DNA of 63,198 nucleotides, the filler included, from Octopus bimaculoides (taxonomy: Eukaryota), in assembly GCF_001194135.2 (NCBI RefSeq). It is 5 parts of 5 records of this genome, joined end to end, with 100 filler letters (N's around TTAATTAATTAA, not from the genome) between each part and the next. Parts side by side here need not be neighbours in the genome. Positions count along the whole stretch, not along the records: positions 39,674 to 57,731 come from NC_068981.1; positions 57,832 to 61,861 come from NC_068985.1; positions 61,962 to 63,198 come from NW_026431705.1; 2 more parts are not named here. One strand, given 5' to 3'. Of the stretch, positions 49,857-62,838 are shown piece by piece. The translations under genes were made by a program, and so were the position numbers. How positions within the stretch are numbered: the stretch's first letter is position 1; each line of letters opens with the position of its first letter. The notes below the pieces were generated by a model that ran no database searches, was not told the origin of the DNA, and was given only the letters and a program-made list of their open reading frames with translations.

Positions 49857-50499
49857 NNNNNNNNNNNNNNNNNNNNNNNNNNNNNNNNNNNNNNNNNNNN
49901 NNNNNNNNNNNNNNNNNNNNNNNNNNNNNNNNNNNNNNNNNNNNNNNNNNNNNNNNNNNNNNNNNNNNNNNNNNNNNNNNNNNNNNNNNNNNNNNNNNNN
50001 NNNNNNNNNNNNNNNNNNNNNNNNNNNNNNNNNNNNNNNNNNNNNNNNNNNNNNNNNNNNNNNNNNNNNNNNNNNNNNNNNNNNNNNNNNNNNNNNNNNN
50101 NNNNNNNNNNNNNNNNNNNNNNNNNNNNNNNNNNNNNNNNNNNNNNNNNNNNNNNNNNNNNNNNNNNCGAGCAGACATTTAACTTTTCAATGACAGCTTA
50201 AAGATTCACATCAACTTAGCAGCCTACTACAAGAGATTCTCTACAAAACTGTCTAACATTTGTACTGACTATCAACTCATAGAAGTTGTGAAAAAACTTC
50301 ATAAAGGTTGGATAAAGTTTTTAATGAATATAAATTATATTTGATAAATTACTTCCAATGCATCCGAAAATGATTATATATGCAACACTCCTCTATTTCA
50401 AGTTGAAACATCACTATGTCGCATTTCAACGTACTACAGTCAACCAGTTACAATTACAGAGTTACAGTTGGTGACCTCAACACGCTCCATTTAACTGTT

Positions 50500-50545
<46 letters not shown>

Positions 50546-50669
50546 TACAGTGTTCACTTTGAAAAGCTATGCCTCCCAAGCTCGATTATTTTCAACAATT
50601 CATGTAACAAACAAATAAACGGTTTGGAGAATTATCAAGTCTTCTCAACAGACTGGCATATATTCAATT

Positions 50670-51062
50670 GTTTGTTGTGTGTGTTGGCACTCCGTCGCTT
50701 ACGACGTCGAGGTTTCCAGTTGATACGATCAACGGAACAGCCTGCTTGTGAAATTAACGTGCAAGTGGCTGAGCACTCCACAGACACGTGTACCCTTAAC
50801 GTAGTTCTCGGGGGATATTCAGCGTGACAAAGTGTGACAAGGCTGACCCTTTGAATTACAGGTACAACAGAAACAGGAAGTAAGAGTGAGAGAAAGTTGT
50901 GGCGAAAGAGTACAGCAGGGTTCGCCACCATCCCCTGCCGGAGCCTCGTGGAGCTTTAGGTGTTTTCGCTCAATAAACACTCACAACGCCCGGTCTGGGA
51001 ATCGAAACCGCGATCCTATGATCGCGAGTCCGCTGCCCTAACCACTGGGCCATTGCGCCTCC
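50670..51062 (-). mobile_element. Full-length ~390-bp tRNA-derived SINE (OK-like) with perfect TSD
   Basis: Reverse complement is nearly identical to 14212-14600. CATATATTCAATT flanks both ends (50657-50669, 51062-51074). Confidence 0.92.
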
Positions 51063-52479
51063 ATATATTCAATTATATAAGTTGTATTGTACCACCCATA
51101 CAACAATAACGTATTGTAGCAGATCACAAATTTCAAGAAAACTAATTATTTGAGACATTATGCTACTTCATTTCCAAACAGTTTAGTGCGCTGATTATCA
51201 ATATTTCCGTAAATAAATATGTGCATTTACACCTTGTTTCTTTTGTCTTATGTGCTTTCACTTAGTGATAGCATATAAATCTTATTGGAATATATAGCGA
51301 TGTTATTTCCCAGTTATGTACTTTCAGTCATTCTACAACAGTAAAATATCTCAACATTATTAATGAGAAATGATTTGTGAATTATGTGAAAATCTGTCTC
51401 CTTCACGTTTGAAGAATACCCATACCCTAAAAAATCACTACATGTTTACATTCGGAGCTGATAAGTGATAAAGTGGAAAAGTAATGGAAGTGGGGAAGGA
51501 GATGAATAGAGAGAATAGGATTTGCAGAGATGGATTGATTGATAAATAGAGGGTGGGAGCAGGAGATGCGATTGGGGGACAAAGCTTAGTTGTTTGCTTG
51601 GATTGTTAAGTTTTGAGAATTCAAAGTTAGCGTTTATTGATAAATGAAACAACGTACCCTTTAAATAACAACGCTGCTAATAAAACCAATATTTTCTATA
51701 CTGAGAAGGAGCTTTCTTCAACATAACGACACCAACTTTTTTTTTCAAATTACTGCAAAATTCTTTTATTTCACTATCCTTAGTTGTTAGAATTAATAGC
51801 TTCTTCCTATTGAAACAAACTAAATAGAAATGGTGATCTAAACAACTACGGCTATAACTCTAGTAGTTCAAATGAATGTCTCTCCCGAAAATATCGAGGC
51901 AACAGAACGCTCATGCAATTTATCCACAGTGGAAGCACCCGAAATATTTTCCATAAAACGACCCCCGCTCAATTGAAAGTCTAGGTGAATAATATTATGC
52001 AGCCATAAGATTTTAAAGATATTTTCCCATTTCACAAGTTTGCAACCAAAGAATTGTTTTGCATTTATTGGGTATAACTGATTGATTTTTACCTTCACAA
52101 AATGATTGCATTATACTATTAGGCGCGAATTTTACTATTGTCTTTTATCATTACTATTAATGGCCATGTTTGAATAGACTATTGCAGTATAACTATTAGG
52201 CAGAATTTAAAAAAATAAGCATTTGGAAACGTATAGATTACTTCAGATACACAAAGAGGTGCCTGCATTACTGTAGTTTCAGTAACGAGAGAAAAATGCG
52301 TTTTGCAAGCTCATGTTGCTTAGATTAAATCATAACTTTTGTATTTCAGTCATTTCCTTTTTCAATGTATATATCCTACATACGTTGTTTTATTGTAACA
52401 TCTATCACATTTCAATGCTTCATTAATGATATGAATACATATAAATGGTAACTCAAATATATATTGTTAAAAAAATGTA

Positions 52480-54267
52480 CCCTTCCCCATTACAAAGAAG
52501 TCTTTTCGTTTTGGAGTTCCAATGGTATAGAAAGAGTCTAAAAATCAGAGATGACAACTACTTTTGCTCATGTAAGATGCAGGGACACAATTCAAAGAGC
52601 GGAAAAGCATTGTTTATCCAAATCTCTCATCTTCATTGCGACCCATCAACCAGACGTCCTGGTACCATCACCACCAGGAAATTTTGAAGAAATATTCTTG
52701 AGTTCCGAATCAGAAGGCAGACATAGCAATGACGATGAAAACTTCAATATAAGTAGAACAGCTTTAACACTTTAGCTACTCAAGCAGTATGAAATAAATG
52801 ATCTAGTGAGGGACTTAGAGCTCACAAATGAGTCAGAAGAGCTTTTAGTTTCCAGACTTAAATTCAAGAATCTTTCAGATCCACGCGCATCAGTTTATAG
52901 TGATCGCAACCGTGAAAAAATTTGTTCCTTATTTTGTACGAGAAAATGATCTGATTTATTGCACATATCCATCGGAACTAATAGGAAAATATAGTATAAG
53001 TTACAGCCCTGATGAATGAAGGCTCTATTGACTCTTCAAAGAGAAGTCTTAAAACTGTTCTACTGCATAATAATAATAAATATACTTCCATCCTTGTTGG
53101 ACACTCATTGATCATGAAGGAGACATGAAAAGTTGGCATCACTTTTACACAAGATCACAAGTGGATCTCTTTTCTAAGATCACAAGTGATTGATTTGCAG
53201 CGACTTAAAAATAGTTTGCACGTTGCAACAGTCAGGCTACACAAAGTATCCCTGCTTTTTGTGAGAATAGGAAAGTAGAGCTAGGAACCTCCATCGGTCT
53301 AAAAGAGAATGGCTGAGTAGGGATACGCTTACACCAGGAACAAAGAAAATCCTTCAGGAAAGTTTGGGTGATCGGAAAAGGGTTCTTTTGCTTCCTCTAC
53401 ATATTAAACTTGGCTTCATAAAGCAACTTGTAAAGCTTTACCTCAAGATGGTGAGGGTTTCAAGAATTTGCGTAGCAAGTTTCCTGCTCTATCAGACGTC
53501 AAGGTTTTAGAGGGTATATTTGTAGAACTAGATATAAAGAAATTCGTTAAGGATGAAAATTTTGAAAACTAGTTTAATGATTCTGAAAATGAAGCATAGG
53601 TTAATTCTAACGATGTGATAAAGAACTTCTTGGGTAATCACAAGGATCCGAACTACAAAGGCATAGTGGGAAGAACGCTGGAAAAGTTCGAAGACTTATG
53701 ATGTGAAATGAACACTGAGTACATTTCTTAGATGCTCATTTAGATCTCTTTCTGAAAAATCGGGGTGGGGAGCAGGGGGAGTAGGTGGGTATGGGAATTA
53801 GGGGTAATGTTTCATTAGGAGAGGGTAAGACGCTATTAGGGAAGACTGAATGTCAATATAATGGCCGTCTACTATTGGATGTCGTATCGTTAATGTTCAT
53901 CAAATGTTCACGAACGAAAGAGTTTCTGACGTAGTTTCCAAGTGAAAAAACATTTTGAGGTGTTCAGCCTCAAAGATGAATGGAACTCTTATAAAAATCT
54001 ATTTTCTTATCTTTCAATTGCATTTGTCCCATTTTTATTCTGTTGAATAAAGTAAAAAAAAAAAATTATTTTTTAATAGTTTTATTTTGTCCTACTATAT
54101 CTGGATTTACCTACAAATTGTGGAATATTTTATCATTGTATTGTGAGAAAACCTTAGGGTAATGGGAAAAGGCTTTTTTGATATTTCGAATTAGCACCAT
54201 AAAAATATATAAAGTAACGTACATTTATCAAAACAATTTTCAAAAAGTTCCATTTCGCAGACTTGTG
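52480..54267 (+). mobile_element. Chapaev3-like (CMC superfamily) DNA transposon relic
   Basis: Ordered motifs FGVPMV*KESKNQRDDNYFCSCK, EINDLVRDLELTNESEELLVSRLK, DSSKRSLKTVLLHNNNKY, QSGYTKYPCFL, PLHIKLGFIKQLVK, FLGNHKDPNYKGIV. Candidate right terminus '...cagacttGTG' at 54267. Many stops. Family name from recall. Confidence 0.8.
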
Positions 54268-55059
54268 TTATCAGCCTTACCCTATGATAACTTATAGGAT
54301 AATTTATAACACTAGAGCATTCGAGGATTCGACAATATCATCCACCGAAATATATTTCTCAATTTAAGCTACCGCCATTTAAGACTGGAAACACATTTCC
54401 ACCATTCGTAACCGATATGAAACCTATTAGAATCTAATATATATCTTTAATGCTCCTTCTGCATGCCCTTATTGTCTATGAAACTTTCTCCTTACATTTC
54501 AACAGTAACCCATCCGACACACTACAATTTAACTTCTAAATTCCTCATTTCAAATTTAGATTAGTTAAAACTGCTTTTGTCTTAACTCCGGTCGGCACAC
54601 ATACGAGAGACGGAGTCCGACACCAATAATAGAAAGAAGAGATGGAATTACAACAGCCCTTCTATCCTCGCCAGTGCAGAAATAATACAACAACGAAGAT
54701 AAAATTAAGGCAACTAAAGTCAACCACAGCATACATATACAAATCACGAATAGATATGCCCAGAAAGTACACATGCACACACGGCCAGAAAACTATAGAT
54801 GCATATACGCACATACACCACGCATACAGGTAATAAACAACAGGTACACACGCTTTTATGTTTGGCAACAACAAAACAAAAACAAGCAAGTGCAAATAAA
54901 AAGACAAATGAAAAACTTTCAATGAAAACAAATCATGTGAAATTTTTTGTTAGAACTCACATGACAGACAATAAATAGATGAAGCTTAACAAGAATACTT
55001 GCAAAATGAATTGTAAAATTTGAAATAACATAAAAGACCATAGTGGTGTTATGAAAAGT

Positions 55060-55235
55060 TTGTAGCAGAATCATAGCAAGTCAGTCAAAATGCTTTAATA
55101 GCTTTTGGTACTTGACGTTCTGAGTTCAAATATCGCTAGGTTGACTTTGTCCTTCAGCATCTAAGGCTTCGATAAAATAGGTACCAGCTGAGCACTGGGT
55201 CGATGTAATAGGCTATCTAACTCCCACTGAAATTA
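55060..55235 (+). mobile_element. Degenerate Meta-domain-like SINE
   Basis: 'gcagaatcatagc...caaaatgcttt...gttctgagttcaaatatcgctaggttgactttgtccttca..cgataaaataggtaccagctgagcactgggtcgatgtaat'. Confidence 0.7.
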
Positions 55236-55914
55236 CCCATAGCTGTTCCTGCAAACTTTTGCAATGCTTTTGAAAGAAAACCAGTAATTGAGAGTGCAAA
55301 GCAAGGCGATTATAGGTGTAGGCATTTTATCCTCCCTTAAGGGACTTTTCAGAGTAAATCTCTTTTCCTTTGACGCTCATTTTCTTTCCACTCTGTACTC
55401 AAAAGGAGAACGTTAACGATGTAGGCACAGGTGTTGCCTTATCCGGATCAGATCTTAAAAAGCGCTATAATATGGATTCAGGCAAAGCTAAATAAATAGG
55501 TTTATTTGATATAAGTTTACTAGAGATTGTGAAAAATCAAGTCTGCTTAAGTCACTAAAAAATTATTTCAAAATGCTAACTGCCATATGCATCACCGGTG
55601 ATTCCTCACAGACTTCACACAACTGCCATTATGGCACATTTTCATAATTTGAGAAAATATTTTATTCTGTATTTTTGATATGGTTTCGAGGATATTTACA
55701 TAACATGAGTGCTAACTATGAAAGCTTAACTATGAAATATTGTAAAATGCAAACGATTATATTTCCTTGTAGTTAAACGGTGTGCAGTGTGACCGAAAAT
55801 ACGTGGCATCACCTCTAAGTTCCAGTAACAGGCAGTGGCGGTTAACGTGTTAATACTGAAATACGAACGATGATTTCAGGAGTAAAATTTCCTGTAATTT
55901 CTTTGCTACAGGAG

Positions 55915-56140
55915 TTAGCAGAGTCGTTAGAACGGTGACTGGGGGCTTCGAGGTATTTGTTCTGACTGTTTGGGTTCTGAGTTCAAAGCACCAAAGCCAA
56001 CTTTGCATTTCATCTTTTCGAGGCCGATAAGATATACGAACCCAAAGCAGTGGATTGGTTGAATTGTAAGAACGTCGAATCGGACACCTTGAGGTATATG
56101 TTCCAGTTCTTTGTGTTCTGAGTTCAAATCGCACCTTAGG
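55915..56140 (+). mobile_element. Two partial Meta-domain-like SINE heads in tandem
   Basis: 'ttctgagttcaaa' at about 55975 and 56115, each preceded by a head-like segment. Confidence 0.55.
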
Positions 56141-56485
56141 GTGTCTACATAGATGGTAGACTCAATCTGGTACCATCTAGCACCGTAGGAGTCCTTAATG
56201 GAGCCTATTGTGTTGCAAGCATTTGGGTCAGGTTTCCGATTTAAGAATACCTTTCTCCTTCCTCCACGACTAGTCGCGCAGCAGGTCACGGAACTGCCTT
56301 CCCACCAGACTAAAAGACTATTAGTCTTGTGGGAAGGAAGTTCCCAGCAGACTAAAATATTTTTTAAATCCAAATAAACACTCAACATACATACACACAC
56401 ACGAAGAATTTAAGAATGTTTGTGTGCGCGCATGCGCATGTTTGGGCGGTGTTAATAAACTCCTGGAGATACGTTCAATTCTAAA

Positions 56486-56645
56486 GCGCAGGAGTGGCTG
56501 TGTGGTAAGTAGCTTGCTTACCAACCACGAGGTTCCGGGTTTAGTCCCACTGCGTGGCACCTTGGGCAAGTGTCTTCTACTATAGCCTCGGGTCGACCAA
56601 AGCCTTGTGAGTGGATTTGGTAGACGGAAACTGAAAGAAGCCCAT

Positions 56646-56682
<37 letters not shown>

Positions 56683-56882
56683 GTTTGTGTGTCTGTGTTT
56701 GTCTCCCCAACATCGCTTGACAACCGATGCTGGTGTGTTTACGTCCCTGTAACTTAGCGGTTCGGCAAGAGAGACCGATAGAATAAGTACTAGGCTTACA
56801 AAGAATAAGTACTGGGGTTGATTTGCTCAACTAAAGGCGGTGCTCCAGCATGGCCGCAGTCAAATGACTGAAACAAATAAAG
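56486..56882 (+). mobile_element. Full-length CORE-type SINE with central (TA)n
   Basis: Head 'gcgcaggagtggctgtgtggtaagtagc', core 'ggcaccttgggcaagtgtcttctactatagcctcggg', tail 'ggcggtgctccagcatggccgcagtcaaatgactgaaac'. Confidence 0.92.
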
Positions 56883-57504
56883 AAACAATAAAATAAAATT
56901 TAAAAAAAGCTGTTATTTGCCGTACTTAAAAGTAATCTAGGGTTTAATGAGCGCAATCTCCCGAGATATTTATCCTGGGCCTATTAACAGAAAACAATTT
57001 GTTACTCTCACCATTACAAAAGCAGTAAACCAATGAGGAACTCGATGGAAACCTATCTATTTAAATTTATTAAAAATTAACGTTTCAAAAATGTTTTGTG
57101 TGGAAATGATTTTACAGAGAATTTGTGGGGCGATTTGGCCACAATGGTGCATTCTCAAGTTAGAACGTGCCCAAAGAGCTTAAACATTTTAGCCTTTAGG
57201 AGACTTCATATTTCTGATTTATTTTGTTGTCATGACTAATGTAAATTTTAGACTGACTTCCTTGTCATGACTAGTTCAGAATTTAAAACTGGAATTAGCA
57301 ATGTCATGTTGACCTAACATAAAATTTGTGAGTAATTTGGTATGATAACAATGGGGAATATTTATTTAGCTGGTACATATACAATTACGACGCACTTGTA
57401 CATTGTATTTGCTAAAATCTACTAAGGTGCCTGAGTGTGTATTAAGTTGAGAGGGAGGGAGTGTGTGTGTATGAATGTAAATACATGTATACATACATAC
57501 ATAT

Positions 57505-57731
57505 ACTCTTTTACTCTTTTACTTGTTTCAGTCATTTGACTGCGGCCATGCTGGAGCACCGCCTTTAGTCGAGCAAATCGACCCCGGGACTTATTCTTTG
57601 TAAGCCTAGTACTTATTCTATCGGTCTCTTTTGCCGAACCGCTAAGTTACGGGGACATAAACACACCAGCATCGGTTGTCAAGCAATGCTAGGGGGACAA
57701 ACACACACACACACACACACATACACACACA
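57505..57731 (-). mobile_element. 3' half of a young CORE-type SINE, cut by an assembly gap
   Basis: 'ttttacttgtttcagtcatttgactgcggccatgctggagcaccgcctttagtcgagcaaatcgacccc', with CpGs intact. Confidence 0.85.
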
Positions 57732-57831
57732 NNNNNNNNNNNNNNNNNNNNNNNNNNNNNNNNNNNNNNNNNNNNTTAATTAATTAANNNNNNNNNNNNN
57801 NNNNNNNNNNNNNNNNNNNNNNNNNNNNNNN

Positions 57832-58445
57832 AATTACATCAACCCCAATAATCAACTGATACTTATTTTATCGACTCTGAAAGAATAAAAAGCAAAGCTG
57901 ACATCGGTGGAATTTGAACTCAGATCGAAAGGACGACGAAATACCGTTAAGCATTTCGCCCGGTTTGCTAACGATTCTGTCGGCTCACCGCCTTTGTTAT
58001 AACGTTAATAATCCTTTCTACTATAATCCTTTTTTCTATAGGCACAAAGTCTGAAATTTGGAGGGAGGAGGCTAGTCGTTTACATCGACTCCAGTACTCA
58101 ACTGGTACTTATTTCATCGACCTCGAAAGGATGAAAGGCAAAGTCGATCCAGGCGGAATTTGAACTGAGAAGGTAGCGACGCACGAAATACCGCTCAGCG
58201 TTTCGTCCAGCGTACTAACGATTCTGCCAGTTCACAGCTTTTGTAATAACGTTAATAATCCTTTCTATTATAGACACAAGGCCTGCAATTTTGGGGAGGG
58301 TGCTTGTCGATTAGATCGACCTCAGTACGCAACTGGTACTTAATTTAGCGACCCCGGCAGAATTTGAACTCAGAACGTAAAGACAGATGAAATACTGCTA
58401 AGCATTTCGCCCGGCGAGCTAACGATTCTGCCTGCTCACCGCCTT
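57832..58445 (-). mobile_element. Head-to-tail array of three Meta-domain-like SINEs
   Basis: Three reversed heads end at about 57992, 58240 and 58444. Each carries 'ggaatttgaact.aga' and 'ctaacgattctg'. Confidence 0.85.
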
Positions 58446-59012
58446 TGTAATAAAGTTAATGCTTATAAAAACAAATTGAATTATGATGACTGACAACAGC
58501 TCTGGTGAGGCAAGTAACCAAAGTCCAGAATTCAAGTGCGATAACTGGCATTAGATTTTTATCTCTACTAAAATTTTTATCTCTACTAAAATGTTTATCT
58601 CCATTGGCTACGTATATTGGAGACACTTGACCACGGTGTCGCACAGTGGGACTGAAACCGGAATGATGCAGTGAAATCCAACCTCTGAGTAAACCTATGA
58701 ATGAGTATATTATCCATATTATTAAAATAACGATAATAATTTACGTCACTAACATTATCGTTATTTTTTTAAATTTTCCAATTAACTGATCTCATCTTAA
58801 TTAACCTACATTTATTGTCAAATATAAAATGTTCCTCATAAATCTGAATTAACATATAGACTTGGCGTTTAGCTGTGATTTTCAGTATAATGTCAAGGCT
58901 TAGAATTTTTTACAATGTATTTCATTCTATTATTTATTTCTGTTTTTCATATTTCATCCAGCCAGGGCTGTTGTGCCCTTATTGAAGATTTTAATTTGGT
59001 TCTGACTTGATG

Positions 59013-59276
59013 GCGGAGGCACGTGACTTAGTGGTTAGGGTGTCAGCACCATGATCGTAAGATTGTGGTTTCGATTCCTGGACCGGGCGACGCGTTGTGT
59101 TCTTGAGCAAAACACTTCATTTCACGTTGCTCCAGTCCCCTCAGCTGTCAAAAATGAGTAACGCTGCGATGGACTGTCATCTCATCCAGCTGTGGAACAC
59201 ATACGCCATTGAAATCAGGGAACTGGGCCCATGAGCCTGGCTAGGCTTTAAAAGGGCGCATTTAATATTATTTTTT
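59013..59276 (+). mobile_element. tRNA-derived SINE with V-domain-like segment and TSD
   Basis: A-box 'tgacttagtggttagg', B-box-like 'ggtttcgattcc', 'gttgtgttcttgagcaaaacactt', 'ctgcgatggactgtcatctcatccag'. TSD tctgacttgatg (59001-59012) / tctaacttgatg (59277-59288). Confidence 0.8.
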
Positions 59277-59529
59277 TCTAACTTGATGAAAGAACTGTGT
59301 CTATACTTTCAAAGGCCCTCTGAGACCAGCATGATTTTATGTATTGGTACAGGCTTTCATGTAGTTGTGTATGTTTGGATGGATCGATGGATGCATTGAT
59401 ACACGTATGTATGTTTGTACGTATGTATGTATCTAAAAATACTTGTATGGATGTATATGTGTGTGATTTTCTGTATATGTAGGCATATGTGTGTTTCTGT
59501 GACTGTGTGTACGTAAATGTGTGTATGTG

Positions 59530-59606
<77 letters not shown>

Positions 59607-60104
59607 CCTTAGAGTGTTACTTTGTAACATTTTAGGCATCTCACATTTCTTCTCTCCTTTTCTCTCACAAACACACTTTCTTTCAGTTTGTCAGTTAAAT
59701 TTCACCATTAGAAAGGCTTTTAAACAAAATAGAGCCATAACATTTACAAAAATGTTAGCAGCAGCGACAACATCAAACAGCACACGCAATTCTGTTAAAA
59801 TATGAAAAAGAAAAAAAACAAATATGACTGAAAAGACATTATCTTACAAATTGAAAACACTCGTTATGCCAGTTAACAAGGAGTCACAATGTCTGTGAAG
59901 ACGAAGTATCGATCACGGAGTTTAGCATTCTTCAGTTTGGACACGACCTCTGCATAATCTATGGATATTTCCTGAGCATCAAAATGATTTTAAAGGACAA
60001 GCTTAGTTCTGTTGATATTTTGCTTTATTTCATTTCATGATGTGCATCCAGTGAGCGATAAAACGTCCAGTGGATGCGACCCTTCCACAAACCAGTCTAT
60101 TGCA

Positions 60105-60325
60105 GGTAATATATTGGTTTCAAATCTTGGCACGAAGCCAGAAATTTCAAATAAGAGGTTAAGCCGATTTCATCGACCTCAACACTCAACTGGTACTTAC
60201 TTTATTGACCCCAAAGGATGAAAGACAAAGTCAATCTCGGTGGAATTTGAACTCAGAATGTAAAGACGGACGAAACGCCGCTAAGAATTTGGTTCAGAGG
60301 GACAATGATACTGCCAGCTCGCTGC
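60105..60325 (-). mobile_element. Meta-domain-like SINE
   Basis: 'ccccaaaggatgaaagacaaagtcaatctcggtggaatttgaactcagaatg...ctgccagctcgc'. Confidence 0.8.
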
Positions 60326-60844
60326 GGCGTTTATTGCAAATAATATTCTAAATTATTATAAACAGCAGTAGAACACTGGAAAAGATGTAATCAACTTACC
60401 CCCGTCTCAATTCGAGCTAAACTTGGGCCAAAATTTGAAACTTATGTTCTAAGTTATTATGGTGCTTGATAAACACATGAACGACACGAAAGACAAATAT
60501 TCAAGAAATTACCTGATGTAAACCATGGAGTTGTTTTGTCGAATATCTTACCCATTCGGTTAGTTCACCACAATTATTCTACCTCAGGGGTCCAAACGTG
60601 GAAGCCTTGACGAGATTTCTGTACATGTTAGAAATACCAATCACATCTCTTTCCAGTTATATATTATGTTAAATAAGGGTAGGGTACATTATATGATGCA
60701 TATATCATAAGCGGAAAAATATAGAGTGGTCAGAGTAGGATTGCCCTTGATCACAGATCTGTTCGATCGGGGTTAACCTGGGGCCAAACAACAACAACAG
60801 CAACCTTGTTCAATTGATAAAATTGGAACATAACAAGTAGACCT

Positions 60845-61040
60845 TAGGCAGCGAGATGGCAGAGTCGTTACCCCTGCCGGACAAAATGCTTAGTGGCATT
60901 TCGTCTGTCTTTATCTACAGAGTTCAAATTACGTCGAGGTCTACTTTACCATTCATTCTTTCGGGGTTGATAAAATAAGTACCAGTAATCGACTTACCCC
61001 CTCTTTGAAACTGCAAGCTTGTACCAAAATTTGAAATCAG
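60845..61040 (+). mobile_element. Meta-domain-like SINE
   Basis: 'gcgagatggcagagtcgtta...caaaatgcttagtggcatttcgtc...ttcggggttgataaaataagtaccag...ccaaaatttgaaatc'. Confidence 0.8.
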
Positions 61041-61219
61041 TATATGATGTAGACTTATTTGATCTTTAAACACCGAGGTACATGAAATCTAATGATTGTT
61101 TTCGTCATTTGCTCAGATCCAATTTTCCTGAACGAGACGTCTAAATAGCTAATGATATAGAATTCGCTGTTTTTCTCTTGTAAAAGTCATATTGTATGCA
61201 AGAACTTATTCAGTTCCCT

Positions 61220-61660
61220 TACTCATTGTAACTGCAATTTCAAGTTGTAACAAGTTGTTGTAAGTTTATCCCTAGACAGCGGTGGTAGCACATCCAGTAC
61301 ACAGACACGGAAATATGTCAGTTCAACCGGCGGCCATTTTATGCAACGTCTGAACAACCACATGTTCCCTTTTAGGATACTGGAAAGAAGTATTTAGTCA
61401 ATGTCCTCATCTGAAACGTTTCCTGTTACAAATTTGGAATTCCCCAAATACCACCGCAGTATCTTCGAATATGCTGCAGTTGGAACCGATGTAAGGGGGA
61501 TGACACTATCCTGCTGGAACACCTCCGGCACGGCCATTGCGGATAATTATTTTTTTGTTTACATAACTAACTGAGTGTGACATCTTTCTCTCACCAATTG
61601 TAGAGAGGTTATGTGTCTACGGCCATTTGAGTCTGACGAGTCGCCCTATACGACTAAGAG
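61220..61660 (+). mobile_element. Possible third Penelope-like GIY-YIG remnant with degenerate hammerhead-like motif
   Basis: CNCNFK and KYVSSTGGHFMQRLNNHMFPFR resemble CNCR...YIG.T...FK.RY.NH..SF. Downstream lies CTGACGA-GTCG(CCCTATA)CGAC-TAAG at 61633-61658. Confidence 0.45.
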
Positions 61661-62169
61661 TATTATGGGTGTGAAACCAATAGTCACTATCTCACTGGTC
61701 ATAACAATTAACTTACTAGAAAATATATTACTGCTCTAATGTTTTAGTGTGCTTCTTTTTCTGATATATGAACTACTGACGATATATGTATATATAATTA
61801 TATATATATATACACACACACATATATATATAAAATATATATATATATATATATATATATANNNNNNNNNNNNNNNNNNNNNNNNNNNNNNNNNNNNNNN
61901 NNNNNTTAATTAATTAANNNNNNNNNNNNNNNNNNNNNNNNNNNNNNNNNNNNNNNNNNNNTTATTATTATTAGAGGACTTTTTCTTATGAGTGAGAGAA
62001 CATATGAAATAATATTTCATATAATCCATTTTTCCCATTTTAGGTTTTCCAATAGTTGTAGATAACGCCATTTCACCCTTCTTATGGGCTCATCGGTACA
62101 ACAAAACTTGAGATCATAGAAATCGCAGGAAGTCGAAGGTACTGTTCGGGAGTTCGTGGAGTCGCAGGA

Positions 62170-62380
62170 AATTCTCTTCTACTCTAGGGACAAGGCCCAA
62201 AATTTTGGGGGAAGAGGCCAGTCGATTAGAGCGACCCCAGCACGCAACTGGTACTTAATTTATGGCCCCCGAAATGATGAAAGGCAAATTCGACCTCGGT
62301 GGAATTTGAACTCAGAACGTAAAGACGGACGAAATACCGCTAAGCATTTCGCCCGGCCTCTTAACGTTTCTGCCAATTCG
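62170..62380 (-). mobile_element. Meta-domain-like SINE
   Basis: 'gaaaggcaaattcgacctcggtggaatttgaactcagaacgtaaagacggacgaaataccgctaagcatttcgcccgg'. Confidence 0.85.
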
Positions 62381-62769
62381 CAGGAAATTGCTGAGTTGTC
62401 ATAGTTTATTGAGAGTTGTTTTGGATTGGTTCTCAGAGGTTACGAAGAAAAAAATGCTTTCTAATCGATGTATCAATACCAATAGATGACAATGTTTCTC
62501 TAAAAGTAACGGAGAAATTTTGAAAATACAAAGATCTGGAACTAGAGGCACCCCGAATCTGGAGTCTGGAAGCAGAAACAATTTCTATCATAGTAGGCGC
62601 ATTAGGTAAAAAAAAAAGAAGCATTACAACAAATACATAACATAACAACATGACTAACAAGTATATATAACATACAGAAAATAGAACTACTAGGCACCGC
62701 ACATACCCAAGGCACACAGAGCTGCGCTCGGTAGTGCAGTGAAAGCACGTGATAAAAATAAAACTACTG

Positions 62770-62788
62770 AATAATAATAATAATAATA

Positions 62789-62838
<50 letters not shown>

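Noticed and set aside
59870-59990. Short minus-strand open frame FDAQEISIDYAEVVSKLKNAKLRDRYFVFTD
   Set aside because: It has no clear splice sites or family motif.
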